Shown in pieces: positions 29,130 to 38,797 of a DNA stretch of 58,353 nt; position 1 is the stretch's first letter, and each line of letters starts with the position of its first letter. The DNA comes from a virus (Duplodnaviria; Caudoviricetes). The position numbers were made by a program, and so were the translations under genes. The stretch covers positions 1-58,353 of the IMG/VR virus record IMGVR_UViG_3300047300_000852; one strand, given 5' to 3'. The notes beneath the pieces are model-generated. The model was not told the origin of the DNA. It was given only the letters and a program-made list of their open reading frames with translations, and searched no databases.

Positions 29130-29389
29130 GCGTCACCGCCTTTCTGCTTTCCCCTTGCGGCAATCATCGCATCAGCCCTTGCGTAGCAGTACTCCGCATC
29201 CTCTGCATCACACTTTGCACGCCATTCTTCGAGCGTCATGCCGCATCCCTCACGCCATCGACGATGATCGTCAGACGACGCCAATCCCTCTGCGATTTGC
29301 CCCGCGAACCAGTCGCGTAGGCTCATGCCGTCAACTGGTGCATCGCGTTGCACTGGAAACGCTGGCCCTCCGTCGTCAATTTTACTCAC
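29126..29389 (-). CDS. Conserved small phage protein (GGPAFP..GMSLRDWFA..ADAMIAAR)
   Basis: Recognisable widespread phage motif. Confidence 0.8.
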   Translation of the reverse strand: MSKIDDGGPAFPVQRDAPVDGMSLRDWFAGQIAEGLASSDDHRRWREGCGMTLEEWRAKCDAEDAEYCYARADAMIAARGKQKGGDA

Positions 29390-29604
29390 GCTTCACCGCC
29401 TTTCTTTGCTTTGATATGCTCCAATATCACCACCACGCATTGAGCGGCTAAAACCGCATTGCTTAAGGTCAAAAGCGGTCTTGTCTCTCCACTTGCGACC
29501 ATGCGAAAATGCGTCTCGAATGATTCGCTATGGCTGACAAAATCGGGGTCGTTCAGAATCATTCGAAATCTTTCGAAAAGCTCCTCTAGTGTTGGGGTTG
29601 TCAC
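29386..29604 (-). CDS. Hypothetical protein
   Basis: Cassette-coupled ORF. Confidence 0.65.
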   Translation of the reverse strand: MTTPTLEELFERFRMILNDPDFVSHSESFETHFRMVASGETRPLLTLSNAVLAAQCVVVILEHIKAKKGGEA

Positions 29605-29798
29605 GCTTCACCGCCTTTCTTCAATCGCTTGACTTCTGCCTTGAGCATGTCTCGTTCGTCTCGCAACTCGTCGATTATGTCGTCACGCTTGCGAATCTCT
29701 TCCGCATCCTTCGCAGCTTGACTCTGGAGCGTGTCCAGTTCGTCAGCCGACTTCCGAAGCAACTCAATCAACTCAATCAATGACCAGTTCGAACTCAT
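29601..29798 (-). CDS. Small coiled-coil protein
   Basis: GAGG RBS; heptad pattern. Confidence 0.65.
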   Translation of the reverse strand: MSSNWSLIELIELLRKSADELDTLQSQAAKDAEEIRKRDDIIDELRDERDMLKAEVKRLKKGGEA

Positions 29799-29899
29799 GT
29801 TTGAACCTCAAAAAAAGTAACGTTGCAAATTTACCGCCACCCTATCAACGCCACCGGGCCAGTTAAGTACACCAGCCCGGAAACATTTTCGCCAGAAAC

Positions 29900-30982
29900 T
29901 TACTGGCGGCTCATTGGCATGATCACGTACCGGCATGATCCATCGACAAACAACGCCGGTTCTGTCGCACTCTTGGCGTGCAGTTCGAACATCGCTTCCG
30001 GGTCACAAGCTTTGAGGAAGTCTTGCAAGAATCGGTAGTCCATCACCAGATTCAGCTTGCCCTCAAACGCCACCGGCAAATCCACCTTCGCCGCCCCCAC
30101 CTCAGCCGTCCTGGAAGTGATCGACAAATTCCCATCGCTGAACACCAACTCGATGCCCGAACTATCCGCCGTAGCCGTGATCGCAGCTTGACGAACCGCC
30201 GAGTATACGTGACCGGCATTGAGTACAACCGGACTGCCCGACGCCTCTGGAAGCACCATCCGCCAATTCGGGTACCGTCCCTCAATCAATCGCGTCTGAA
30301 AGGTCATCTGATCATTCTCGACGATCAAATCATTCTTGACGATCTCGACGCTACACCGCTTCGACTCACCAAACGCTCGTATGATCGCTCCAACTGACTT
30401 GGCGGGAACAATGCAGCTTCCATGCTTCACCTCGTCAGGAACGGTGATAGAGCACGTTGACAGCCTCCTGCCGTCAGTAGCCACGAAGGAAACCTCACGC
30501 CCTCCGAACTCAACGAACACGCCACCGAGTTGATACCTGGTAGACTCCGTGTCACAGGCATGGGCACACCGTCGCAACGCATCGCAGAACTGCTTAGCTT
30601 CGAAGTCTACAGGATCCGTCACCTTGGCCTTGCATCGCGGAAACGCGTCAGGATTGGACGAAGGAATCGAAAACTTCGAATACTTGCTTTCCACCTTCAC
30701 CGCTGAACCGTCCGTGTAGATCGTCGCGGATTCTTCCTTCGACTCTCGAAGCATCGCAATCACCTTCTGCGGATTGATCAACACCGAGCCAGCATTGAGA
30801 ATGTCGTGATCCTTCGAGGCCACAACCACCGACTGCTCACCGTCAGTCGCTTGCAGCTTTACTTCATCGCCTACAGCATCTAAGCAAACATAGTGCAACT
30901 CACTCTTCGAGTGCCTTCCGCATAGGGGACTGACGATATCGATCGCCTTCAAGAACTTCACACGGTCAACGCTTATTTTCAC
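29900..30982 (-). CDS. dnaN: DNA polymerase III beta sliding clamp
   Basis: ATD.E, ATDGRRL, RLIEGRYPNW, YVIMPM; about 360 aa. Confidence 0.95.
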   Translation of the reverse strand: MKISVDRVKFLKAIDIVSPLCGRHSKSELHYVCLDAVGDEVKLQATDGEQSVVVASKDHDILNAGSVLINPQKVIAMLRESKEESATIYTDGSAVKVESKYSKFSIPSSNPDAFPRCKAKVTDPVDFEAKQFCDALRRCAHACDTESTRYQLGGVFVEFGGREVSFVATDGRRLSTCSITVPDEVKHGSCIVPAKSVGAIIRAFGESKRCSVEIVKNDLIVENDQMTFQTRLIEGRYPNWRMVLPEASGSPVVLNAGHVYSAVRQAAITATADSSGIELVFSDGNLSITSRTAEVGAAKVDLPVAFEGKLNLVMDYRFLQDFLKACDPEAMFELHAKSATEPALFVDGSCRYVIMPMSRQ

Positions 30983-31028
30983 TGGTAAAACCTTCAAAAA
31001 AGGGAATTCGAACTGGAAACGTTTCCAG

Positions 31029-31102
31029 TGGGACGGGCAGGATTCGAACCTGCGTCTTTGGCACTCGAAGCGCCATAGCTTTCACCAATTAGCTACCGTC
31101 CC
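31029..31102 (-). tRNA. tRNA-Arg(UCG)-like, non-canonical
   Basis: Acceptor GGGACGG/CCGTCCC, D arm with TGG, anticodon arm TGGCG-CTTCGAG-TGCCA, T arm GCAGG-TTCGAAT-CCTGC; one extra nt between D and anticodon arms; no encoded CCA. Confidence 0.6.
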
Positions 31103-31108
31103 AGCAAC

Positions 31109-31366
31109 CTACTGTTCAACCTTCACGAACGTTCCGTTCACCTCAAAACGCTTGCCGTCCTTAGTCTTGAAAACTGCCTGCGTTTTGTAGCTGTAAACGA
31201 ACGTCAGGTTTTCGTACTTAACGCCGTTGACATCCACCGTGTACAGCCGTTTATCTTGAGAATCTGGCAGCACAATCATCAGGGACACAATAGTCACGCA
31301 AGCCGCAAGTACCGCCATAGTCAGCCACGTAATGAAACGCATCAAATCATCGACGGGATCGCTCAC
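31109..31366 (-). CDS. Small membrane-anchored protein
   Basis: N-terminal TM segment; GTGA coupling. Confidence 0.6.
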   Translation of the reverse strand: MSDPVDDLMRFITWLTMAVLAACVTIVSLMIVLPDSQDKRLYTVDVNGVKYENLTFVYSYKTQAVFKTKDGKRFEVNGTFVKVEQ

Positions 31367-31752
31367 TCAGCCACCTTAACGCCGAACGGGGTTCCGTCGC
31401 GAAACTTTAGTTCAACTAGAGCATCTTTGTAAAATTGAGACTCATGGTCGTCTAAAAACCACACTCCTTCGGAATCACAATGCTGCACCTTGCCAAATTC
31501 TCCTGCTCCGAAGTCGATGAAATCACCGCTTAGAGGATGAGCAAGGAACTCCGCCGCATTCGCAAACGCTCGATACCGCGCGGGCTTTTCGATCTTGCGA
31601 ATGATGACGTAGTTTTTGTTCATCCTGAAAGCTTTTTCTCTGTCGTGTTGCTCAATCGATCCGTCGCCTGTAATGAAAAACTCTCCGTTCTCAACCTTGC
31701 CAACTCTCACCAACTCCCAACCATCTGGGATTCCTTCGATTTTGACACTCAT
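31363..31752 (-). CDS. Hypothetical modular protein
   Basis: IPDGWE..IIRKIE..DGTPFG motifs. Confidence 0.65.
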   Translation of the reverse strand: MSVKIEGIPDGWELVRVGKVENGEFFITGDGSIEQHDREKAFRMNKNYVIIRKIEKPARYRAFANAAEFLAHPLSGDFIDFGAGEFGKVQHCDSEGVWFLDDHESQFYKDALVELKFRDGTPFGVKVAE

Positions 31753-31794
31753 TTTCACCTCATAAAACTGGAAACGTTTCCACCTAAACCACCA

Positions 31795-32250
31795 CTAAGA
31801 CAACGCCTCTAAAAGCGATTTGTCCACCACAAAACGGAACTCTACCCCGTCCTGCTTATCCTCGAACATGCCGCGCTTAAACTCGGTAGCCCTGAACCTG
31901 CACGCCCTCAGGAACTCACAAGCCGCGATATTTTCAGCCTCCACTACCACGCAAATCATCCACCGCTTCAAGGTCAGTTTACCCTTGAGGTAGTCCACCA
32001 ACTCCCGGCCGATCCCGCGCCACTGGTACACCGGATCAACCCGCAGTTGCCAAATCGCGTACCCGTCCGTGCACCGCTGGTAGATCAAGTACGCCACAAC
32101 CTTCCCGTCAACCACGGCAACCACCGAGGACGTAGATTGATTGCCTGCCCATTGCCGAATCAATTTCTTGTCCGACGCTGGGTACCCAATATCGCAAGAG
32201 ATTTCACAGCATCGCGGCAAGTCTCTTGCGGTCATCTTCCGAAGGTCCAT
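31795..32250 (-). CDS. GNAT acetyltransferase (RimI-like)
   Basis: VDP.YQWRGIG..L and N..A..F....F motifs. Confidence 0.85.
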   Translation of the reverse strand: MDLRKMTARDLPRCCEISCDIGYPASDKKLIRQWAGNQSTSSVVAVVDGKVVAYLIYQRCTDGYAIWQLRVDPVYQWRGIGRELVDYLKGKLTLKRWMICVVVEAENIAACEFLRACRFRATEFKRGMFEDKQDGVEFRFVVDKSLLEALS

Positions 32251-32277
32251 AGTGCACCAAAAAAAGTAACGTTGCAA

Positions 32278-33261
32278 TTATTCCGACAGCGCACCCATGT
32301 GCACAACGAACGCGGGCATCGACGCCTCAAACGCAGTCTTAAGCGCGTTGACCGATCGCAGCGCCTCATCGATCAACTCACCGTAGATCAGGGTCGTGCC
32401 CTCATCAGCGAATTGCGTCAAGGATTGTACAGCAGACTCCAGGTCATTCATGTACTTCGGCTTGCGTGCCCGAACTCCATCGAGGACTGCTTGGAACTCT
32501 GCTTCCATTTCCCGCAGTCGCTCGACTTCCTTGCGTTGCTCTTCCAGCTTCTCCAATCGTTCCTGCTCAGCTTCGATCTTCGCTTTCTCTTCCGCAGCCC
32601 TACGTTCTGCTTCCAGTTTCTCGGCTCGCAGTGCCTCCAGTTCTGCTCGTTCCTTCTCAGCCTGTGCACGTAACGCTTGAGCTTCCGCCCTCGCAGCTTG
32701 CAACTCTGCTTCGATCTTCTCACGGGACGCACGTTCTGCCTCAGCTTTAGCGGCTTCCTCTGCCTTGCGTGCTTCCAGCTTCTCACCACCGACGCGCAGT
32801 GCCTCAGCCCACTCAAACGCCGACGCATTCTCAGCCACTTCCACAGAGCAAGCCTCACCACAGATTGCAAGGTGCTCTGCCAATCGACCGTTCACAAACG
32901 CCAACTGCTTTTCTTCCAGTTCCTTCCGCTTGCGTTCTGCCTCAGCATCGACCTCAGCCTTCATCGCGACCAGTGGTGCTTCGATCTTCTCGACCTCACC
33001 AGTCAGCCGCTTAGCTTCCGCATTCACCGTACGTTGCCACTTCAACGCTTCCTCATTCAGAGACTTCCTAGCCGCATCAATTCCTGTTCGGGCCTTCACG
33101 CAAACCCGGATTGCCTTGCGGACTTCCTCGTACCCTTCACTGGTATCAGCGGTCAATTGGGCGAAGTCCTCCCGCATCTTCGCAAGCACCTCGTTCGATA
33201 CCACCCCCGACAATGCAGCCACTCCACCGACCTTCACTTCTGCCTTAACTTCTGTACTCAC
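32278..33261 (-). CDS. Long coiled-coil protein
   Basis: Glu/Ala/Arg heptads; GAGG RBS. Confidence 0.75.
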   Translation of the reverse strand: MSTEVKAEVKVGGVAALSGVVSNEVLAKMREDFAQLTADTSEGYEEVRKAIRVCVKARTGIDAARKSLNEEALKWQRTVNAEAKRLTGEVEKIEAPLVAMKAEVDAEAERKRKELEEKQLAFVNGRLAEHLAICGEACSVEVAENASAFEWAEALRVGGEKLEARKAEEAAKAEAERASREKIEAELQAARAEAQALRAQAEKERAELEALRAEKLEAERRAAEEKAKIEAEQERLEKLEEQRKEVERLREMEAEFQAVLDGVRARKPKYMNDLESAVQSLTQFADEGTTLIYGELIDEALRSVNALKTAFEASMPAFVVHMGALSE

Positions 33262-33301
33262 TTCAAACCTCTAAGGGAAACAAACAAAAAACGGAACGTT
33301 A

Positions 33302-33565
33302 CTATTTTCCGAAGCGTGCCTCGTAAGCACTTGCTTCGATGAACTCACGCTGTCTGACGATCTCATTCAAACGCTCTTGCTCAGCCTCAGCAGCATTGCA
33401 AGCCGCGATAGCCTCATCCTTCGTGGCACACTCTCGCACATACTCCACGCTCAGCCGAGGCCCATCGATCGACCAGTAGCGGCCCTGGTCAACAATCATC
33501 CAATCGCAACCGTACGAACTTGACGCTACAACGTTCTCATCTTCAAGCACTTCGAATTTAAGCAT
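33302..33565 (-). CDS. Hypothetical protein
   Basis: GGAGGG RBS; middle promoter upstream. Confidence 0.7.
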   Translation of the reverse strand: MLKFEVLEDENVVASSSYGCDWMIVDQGRYWSIDGPRLSVEYVRECATKDEAIAACNAAEAEQERLNEIVRQREFIEASAYEARFGK

Positions 33566-33802
33566 CTTTCAGCCCTCCAACAGAACAATGCCACCGAGCG
33601 ACAGAAGTACACCAACAACATGGAACAAACTGGAAACGTTCCCACTTCCAGCCATATTTAACACACCCCCACTACAGGGGGTAGGCGCTGGAAACGTTTC
33701 CAGCTACTTTCGGAGAAACAACGAAAAACCCTGCGAATCTCAGCGTTTTCATTTTGAGACTATTGCAAGTTATTGACGGCAAAACTTCGGATATACGCAA
33801 CG

Positions 33803-34060
33803 TTACTTTTTTCTGACGATCTTCGTGCGGCCCACCTTGAGAAGTTCCCGCAGATAGTACCTCCGCGTCATCTGTCCTAGCTTGTACACTCGCTCCTCCA
33901 ACGTATTCGCCTGCAGCATCTCGAAGGCCCAACCCGGCATCGGCATGTTGTATCCGTCGTCGAAGATCGCTTGCAATCTGTCCAACTGCGCCCGCGTCAG
34001 TTCGCACCCGTCAAGCAGTGCCAAGTCTGCAATCTTTTCCCGCACCGTTGCTGAGTCCAT
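33803..34060 (-). CDS. Hypothetical protein
   Basis: AAGGGG RBS and ATG. Confidence 0.6.
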   Translation of the reverse strand: MDSATVREKIADLALLDGCELTRAQLDRLQAIFDDGYNMPMPGWAFEMLQANTLEERVYKLGQMTRRYYLRELLKVGRTKIVRKK

Positions 34061-34138
34061 GCTATGCCCCTTGCCGTAAATGTTGAGTGATTCCGCCGCA
34101 CTCCATCATATCAAATCGACGCAACTAAACCGAAAACG

Positions 34139-36529
34139 TCAAGCATCCGATTCCGTCACCTCGTGCATACCATGCAAGGCATCCACTGATCGGCATAGCA
34201 GGCCCATACACGCTTCCAGGGAGTCCGGCCCGTCATCGTACTTGCCGTAGGGAAACTCTTTCATCTGGGCCAGTAGCAACTCATTCGAGGCTGACCTACG
34301 GAAACGAAGTAGCCTTCCGTCCAGCCACTTCCCGAGGCGCTCAATCCGCACGTTCTTGTTCACCGTCTGATTTACTAGGATAGGCGGGTCTGCGTTGTAT
34401 CCGATCTCATCGCATACCTGCCAGTAATCATCGGCCAACAAGTCCTGCCATGCGTTCGCCTCAAGTCCCACAAATGCCGTTTTCCGTTCGCGGTTCCACT
34501 GGACGTAATCCCGCACCATCTTCTGTACAGGCTTGCGGTCAATGTCCGAATCGACCCAGAACAACCCGTTCTTGTATCCGATCCAGGTCACTGCTTGATA
34601 GTCACCCTTCCGACTGTTCTTGCCCTTCGACGGGTCAAGCCATGCCGCAGAAATCAAGCAGTCTTTCGGATCAGGGAACTCATCGTCTTGCGCCCAAATG
34701 TTCGCGAAGTATTCTTCCGGCCATTCCGACATACTCGAACCCTTCGGACTACCCTGGTAGATCGAGTGCCACCAGTGTCCGGCCTGCCGCTTCCTTCTCT
34801 CCATCACTTCCGCAGGCCAGCGTTCCGGCCACAACGCTTCACCTTCTTGCCGCTGTAGCGGATCCTTCACCCCGTTCTCTTCTCGCAGGGCTTGAAGGGT
34901 GATCGACCGCACCCGGATATCCAGTTCCGCAGCTTTCGACTCTATCCGGCCTATGAGGTCATCCGAATGCCACTGGGTATTATGGGTCACCATGCCGTTT
35001 GCGATAAAGCTACCAGTATTCTCGACTTCGATATCGTAAACATCTTCATTACCAGCAGGCTCAATAAATACTATTCGTTCACTCGTGAACTCTGAGGTAT
35101 TCAACGAGTCGAGCGGCGGAGGCACTGGTTTCAATATATCCTGCCGCGATATTGCACTGTGTACATAATAATCCCCTGATCTTTCCGGTTTTATGACAGT
35201 GATCGACGCAGAAATTCTTTCGCTTGTGGCAATTCTCATCAGTCCGTTCTTCGAGGCAAACTGCGCATCTTCCTCCCTGAAATTCGAACATTCGCTTGTA
35301 GTCCTCTGCTCTAATTCGATACCTGTGCCACAAATGCGCGTTTCTGAATGTTTCTGGCGTGTGGCTAGGAGGTCTATGCCCGTCAATGGAACGCTTCTTT
35401 GTGTAGTGATTGTTGCAGTATCCCCTACATTTCGCTGGTTTATCGCATCCATCCCATTGGCAATTTTTTCCCTTCCACTTTCCGTGATACTCTGACTTGA
35501 CGTGCCTTCCTTCTCGGCGGTCTTTGTGATAGTGATACCGGCACTTTCCGAGGCAATACCCCTCTCGATCGCATCCCTCGACACCGCAAGATTTTGTTCT
35601 TTGCGGTATGTCACCATTTTCATTTCCGTACTTAAGTTTTTCAGCCTGACCCATTTCAATTCTCCGTTCGTCTCTACCAAAAACGGATGACGGGAATTAC
35701 CAACAATCGACTTGCCGGATTCAAGCATCACCCTAAAAACATCATCGCGCCCTACATTGGCATGATTAACGATACTAGAGTTTACGCACTTTCCGTTGTC
35801 AAACGATTTAACACCCTCACCCGGAGATAGGTCTTTTATTTGCTTAGTTGTTCCATCGGCCATAGAAACCATTGAGCTACCGGCTAGGCAACACAACAAA
35901 ACCAGCTTCCCGCCCGGCTCCAATCGCGTTGATGACGTGGAAACGAACCAATCCCACTGGTCATCGCGGACCTTTTGAGAGTACGCCGACTTCGCGTCCT
36001 TAAGGTAGTCGTCGATCACAAGAAGGTTTGCACCGAATCCCACGATCGACGTAGCCACACCAGCCGCGAGACACTCACCGCTTCGGTGCTCGAATCCCCA
36101 GTTCCTAACCGCTGACTTCTTCTGATCAACTCCATCGAGTCCCATCATCGGCGAAAGCTCGTGCACCTTATCCCGTACCCATCTTGAGTGACTGTTCGCT
36201 AGGGTCGATGTATTCGAGCAAATCATCACCCGTTTGTTCGGGTTTCTCAGCATGTACCAAGCCGGTGCCCATCGTGCCAAGTACTCCGATTTTCCATGGC
36301 GTACAGGGCACTTGATTATCAAGCAATCTAGGTTCGGATTCTCAAGTAGATTCCTGAACTCGAAATCGATTACCGCTAGGTGCTTCGCCCGTTTCCACTC
36401 GCCTTTGCTGAATCGCTCAGCCATCAGTAGCGGGGATCGCATCGCCATTGAATCGAAGTAGACTTGCTCGGCATCCTTGCGGCTCACCCAGTAGGGCCTG
36501 ATCTGATCCATCGCATCAAGCGTAGTCAT
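34139..36529 (-). CDS. Terminase large subunit (intein-containing)
   Basis: P.RHGKS Walker A, LLVIDD Walker B, TQWH.DDL coupling motif, DPS and DDGPD nuclease motifs. Confidence 0.95.
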   Translation of the reverse strand: MTTLDAMDQIRPYWVSRKDAEQVYFDSMAMRSPLLMAERFSKGEWKRAKHLAVIDFEFRNLLENPNLDCLIIKCPVRHGKSEYLARWAPAWYMLRNPNKRVMICSNTSTLANSHSRWVRDKVHELSPMMGLDGVDQKKSAVRNWGFEHRSGECLAAGVATSIVGFGANLLVIDDYLKDAKSAYSQKVRDDQWDWFVSTSSTRLEPGGKLVLLCCLAGSSMVSMADGTTKQIKDLSPGEGVKSFDNGKCVNSSIVNHANVGRDDVFRVMLESGKSIVGNSRHPFLVETNGELKWVRLKNLSTEMKMVTYRKEQNLAVSRDAIERGIASESAGITITKTAEKEGTSSQSITESGREKIANGMDAINQRNVGDTATITTQRSVPLTGIDLLATRQKHSETRICGTGIELEQRTTSECSNFREEDAQFASKNGLMRIATSERISASITVIKPERSGDYYVHSAISRQDILKPVPPPLDSLNTSEFTSERIVFIEPAGNEDVYDIEVENTGSFIANGMVTHNTQWHSDDLIGRIESKAAELDIRVRSITLQALREENGVKDPLQRQEGEALWPERWPAEVMERRKRQAGHWWHSIYQGSPKGSSMSEWPEEYFANIWAQDDEFPDPKDCLISAAWLDPSKGKNSRKGDYQAVTWIGYKNGLFWVDSDIDRKPVQKMVRDYVQWNRERKTAFVGLEANAWQDLLADDYWQVCDEIGYNADPPILVNQTVNKNVRIERLGKWLDGRLLRFRRSASNELLLAQMKEFPYGKYDDGPDSLEACMGLLCRSVDALHGMHEVTESDA
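34979..35890 (-). mobile_element. Intein (304 aa) in TerL
   Basis: Starts CLAGSSMVSMADG, block B N.RHPF, ends VYDIEV...FIANGMVTHN/T; splicing restores LVLLC-TQWHSDDL. Confidence 0.95.
35079..35654 (-). CDS. Endonuclease VII-type HNH homing endonuclease overprinted inside the intein
   Basis: Y..M...QGGRCAVC...VDHCHKTGKIRGLLCTQCN; two N-terminal C...GC....C..HY modules; different frame from TerL. Confidence 0.9.
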   Translation of the reverse strand: MGQAEKLKYGNENGDIPQRTKSCGVEGCDREGYCLGKCRYHYHKDRREGRHVKSEYHGKWKGKNCQWDGCDKPAKCRGYCNNHYTKKRSIDGHRPPSHTPETFRNAHLWHRYRIRAEDYKRMFEFQGGRCAVCLEERTDENCHKRKNFCVDHCHKTGKIRGLLCTQCNIAAGYIETSASAARLVEYLRVHE

Positions 36530-37028
36530 TTTCGCCCCCTGGTATCACCTTAAACTCTCGCAAGTCCAAGTCATCACCGGAAACGTTTCCACCTGATTCG
36601 ATCAACTGGAGTACCTGAGTCACCGAGATGTGCTGATTCCCGACTATCTGGTTCGGTAGGTCTTTCTTCGTGTTCGCCTGATCCATCGCTAGCAGGATGC
36701 GGCTTGCAAGCAGCTTCTGCTTTGGTTCTGCCTTTGGGTCAATTACGATTCGGGCATTCTCGAACACCATTCGCTCACGTAGGGCTTGCGGTACAGGCCA
36801 GCGTTCATTGATTGCCCGTATCTCTAGCCTGGCATCTTGGAAACGTTTGTACGCTTCTCCTTGGCCTACGGCTATCGCTTCGGCTCTACGCTTATCAGTA
36901 AGCTCCGGCCAGAAAAACGAATCTGGTTCGGAAGCTTCTTTGCCTGTCGCTTTCGGTGCAAGTGATCGGGATGGTTTTCCCCTCGTTGGCTTGCCCGGTG
37001 ACTTCTTTTTTCCGGCACGCTTCGTCAT
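36516..37028 (-). CDS. Terminase small subunit (putative)
   Basis: Directly upstream of and overlapping TerL; size. Confidence 0.6.
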   Translation of the reverse strand: MTKRAGKKKSPGKPTRGKPSRSLAPKATGKEASEPDSFFWPELTDKRRAEAIAVGQGEAYKRFQDARLEIRAINERWPVPQALRERMVFENARIVIDPKAEPKQKLLASRILLAMDQANTKKDLPNQIVGNQHISVTQVLQLIESGGNVSGDDLDLREFKVIPGGENDYA

Positions 37029-37140
37029 GGTCTTTTGTGGTTCTCAAAACAAAGAACGTTGTTTTTTTCTGCGCTCAGTGCGTAGATTCGTTTTGATTGT
37101 AGCGTGACTTAGCTAGAGTGCTAAAAGTCGTTCAGATTTT

Positions 37141-38304
37141 CTAAGCCTTGACTGCTTTTCGCCCAGTCAGTTTTTCCCATCGAGCGATGATTACGTCACA
37201 GTATTTCGCATCGATCTCCATGCCGTAGCAACGCCTGTTGAGTTGTTCCGCTGCAATCAATGTTGTTCCTGATCCTAAAAATGGATCGTAAACCATTTCG
37301 CTTTGCATTCGTTCGAGACACCATACGAAAAGCTCAACAGGCTTTTTTGTTGGATGCTCAACATCTCGTGTCTTGCCTCGCTCTGACTGTTGATTGATAG
37401 ACTTGATGTAGCATCCTCTTCCGCCTTTTTGCCAAGCTAATTCGGCATCGGCAAGGAAACTCGTTCCGTCAGCGCTTCTCTTGTCCCATATCAACCACGA
37501 TCCAACAGGCAATGAAGATCCGTAGAGGTTCGCCCCCCACAAAATGACATTCTCAGCGAATAAAAGAGTACTCGCATCAAACTGTTGATTATCGCCCCTG
37601 ATTTCCGCGTACTGGCTACTGCAAGTTTTCACAGCCTTTTTAGTAAACCGCGTGTAATCACCGTTCCATTTTATTCCGTATGGTGGATCGGTCAGAACGC
37701 AATCAATTGTTGCCCCTGCAAGTAGCCGATCAACCTGTGACTGATCGCTTGAGTCACCACATAGTAACCTATGCTCTCCAAGTATCCACAAGTCACCAAC
37801 CTTGCAAACAGGCTCTGCGTCCTCAGGTACGCTGTCCAAGTCTGAATCACCGTCCGACTCCGGTTCCGGGTCGAAAATCTTCGCCGCTTCGCCTAACTCG
37901 GTGAACCAGTCTGCTAGCTCTTGGCTCGAAGTGTTGACCGTTCGCAGCAACTCTTCCAAGTCGCAAGCATCCACCTCAGCAAGCTCACTCGACGCATCAA
38001 GGATCAACAGCAGCTTGCGTTCGTCCTCCTCTGATAGATCGACGTACTCAACATCAACCAGCGTTTCATCACCAGCGCCGAGGGCTTGCATCACGCGTTC
38101 GTGACCGTCAACGATGTAGCCGGTTCGCTGGTTGACTATCACCGACTTGCAGAACCCTAGCTCCTCAATCGAGGCCGCTACCACTTCCCGCTGCTTCTGC
38201 GGGTGCCTTCGGTGGTTTCTTGGGTTCGCCAACAGTTGATCGGCTCGAACCTTATCGTGCCCGACGATACGGCTCTGCCACTTGTTCGGCTTATTCTTCG
38301 CCAT
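37141..38304 (-). CDS. ParB-N domain fused to an amino-DNA methyltransferase
   Basis: NPRN.R.H, IVDGHER; TDPPY, HPT.KP, DPFLGSGTT. Confidence 0.9.
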   Translation of the reverse strand: MAKNKPNKWQSRIVGHDKVRADQLLANPRNHRRHPQKQREVVAASIEELGFCKSVIVNQRTGYIVDGHERVMQALGAGDETLVDVEYVDLSEEDERKLLLILDASSELAEVDACDLEELLRTVNTSSQELADWFTELGEAAKIFDPEPESDGDSDLDSVPEDAEPVCKVGDLWILGEHRLLCGDSSDQSQVDRLLAGATIDCVLTDPPYGIKWNGDYTRFTKKAVKTCSSQYAEIRGDNQQFDASTLLFAENVILWGANLYGSSLPVGSWLIWDKRSADGTSFLADAELAWQKGGRGCYIKSINQQSERGKTRDVEHPTKKPVELFVWCLERMQSEMVYDPFLGSGTTLIAAEQLNRRCYGMEIDAKYCDVIIARWEKLTGRKAVKA

Positions 38305-38381
38305 TGCTGCGCCTTTTGAGTGTTCGGAAGTGGAAACGTTTCCAGTATACCCACCTGCGAACGCATTGCAAAACGTAGCTC

Positions 38382-38570
38382 CTAGGCTCTTGGATCAATG
38401 CCCACTGACTTCAAGTCCTTGACGATCAACCACGGCAACCCGTTCTTACCCTTCAGGCGTTCCCGAACTTGCGCCCATGCTACCGGTATCGACTCCTCTT
38501 CCGTCAGGCCACCGTCTACCGTACAGATCGCCTTGCGTTCTAGGTACTCTTCTAGCTCTTGGCTCATCAC
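38382..38570 (-). CDS. Small hypothetical protein (EER.AI...DGGL...E-like motif)
   Basis: Coupled ORF. Confidence 0.55.
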   Translation of the reverse strand: MMSQELEEYLERKAICTVDGGLTEEESIPVAWAQVRERLKGKNGLPWLIVKDLKSVGIDPRA

Positions 38571-38797
38571 TTTGGGCGCTCCATGTCTCCAGGCTCAAAA
38601 CAATCCCAGTCCTGCAAGTCCCACTTCGCTGAATGCTCCTCGCACTCTGGGTGCATCGCGTCCGATGTTGGGCCATCATCCACGTAGCCGAAACGCCTCA
38701 CGTACTGATCGCCCTTGCCGATCGACTCACCACACAGGAAGCACGTGTACTCTCGCCTCGCCGCCTGTGTGGTGTCTCTAACGTGACGCCATGCCAT
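38567..38797 (-). CDS. Small zinc-finger protein
   Basis: ARR...C..C...I.KG..Y...H.EC. Confidence 0.7.
   Translation of the reverse strand: MAWRHVRDTTQAARREYTCFLCGESIGKGDQYVRRFGYVDDGPTSDAMHPECEEHSAKWDLQDWDCFEPGDMERPK

Larger units (their letters stand above)
29126..29619 (-). repeat. Three copies of junction motif GAAAGGCGGTGA(A/C)GCGTGA
   Basis: At 29126-29144, 29386-29404 and 29601-29619; each encodes KGG[DE]A-stop, an RBS and an overlapping GTG start. Confidence 0.85.
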
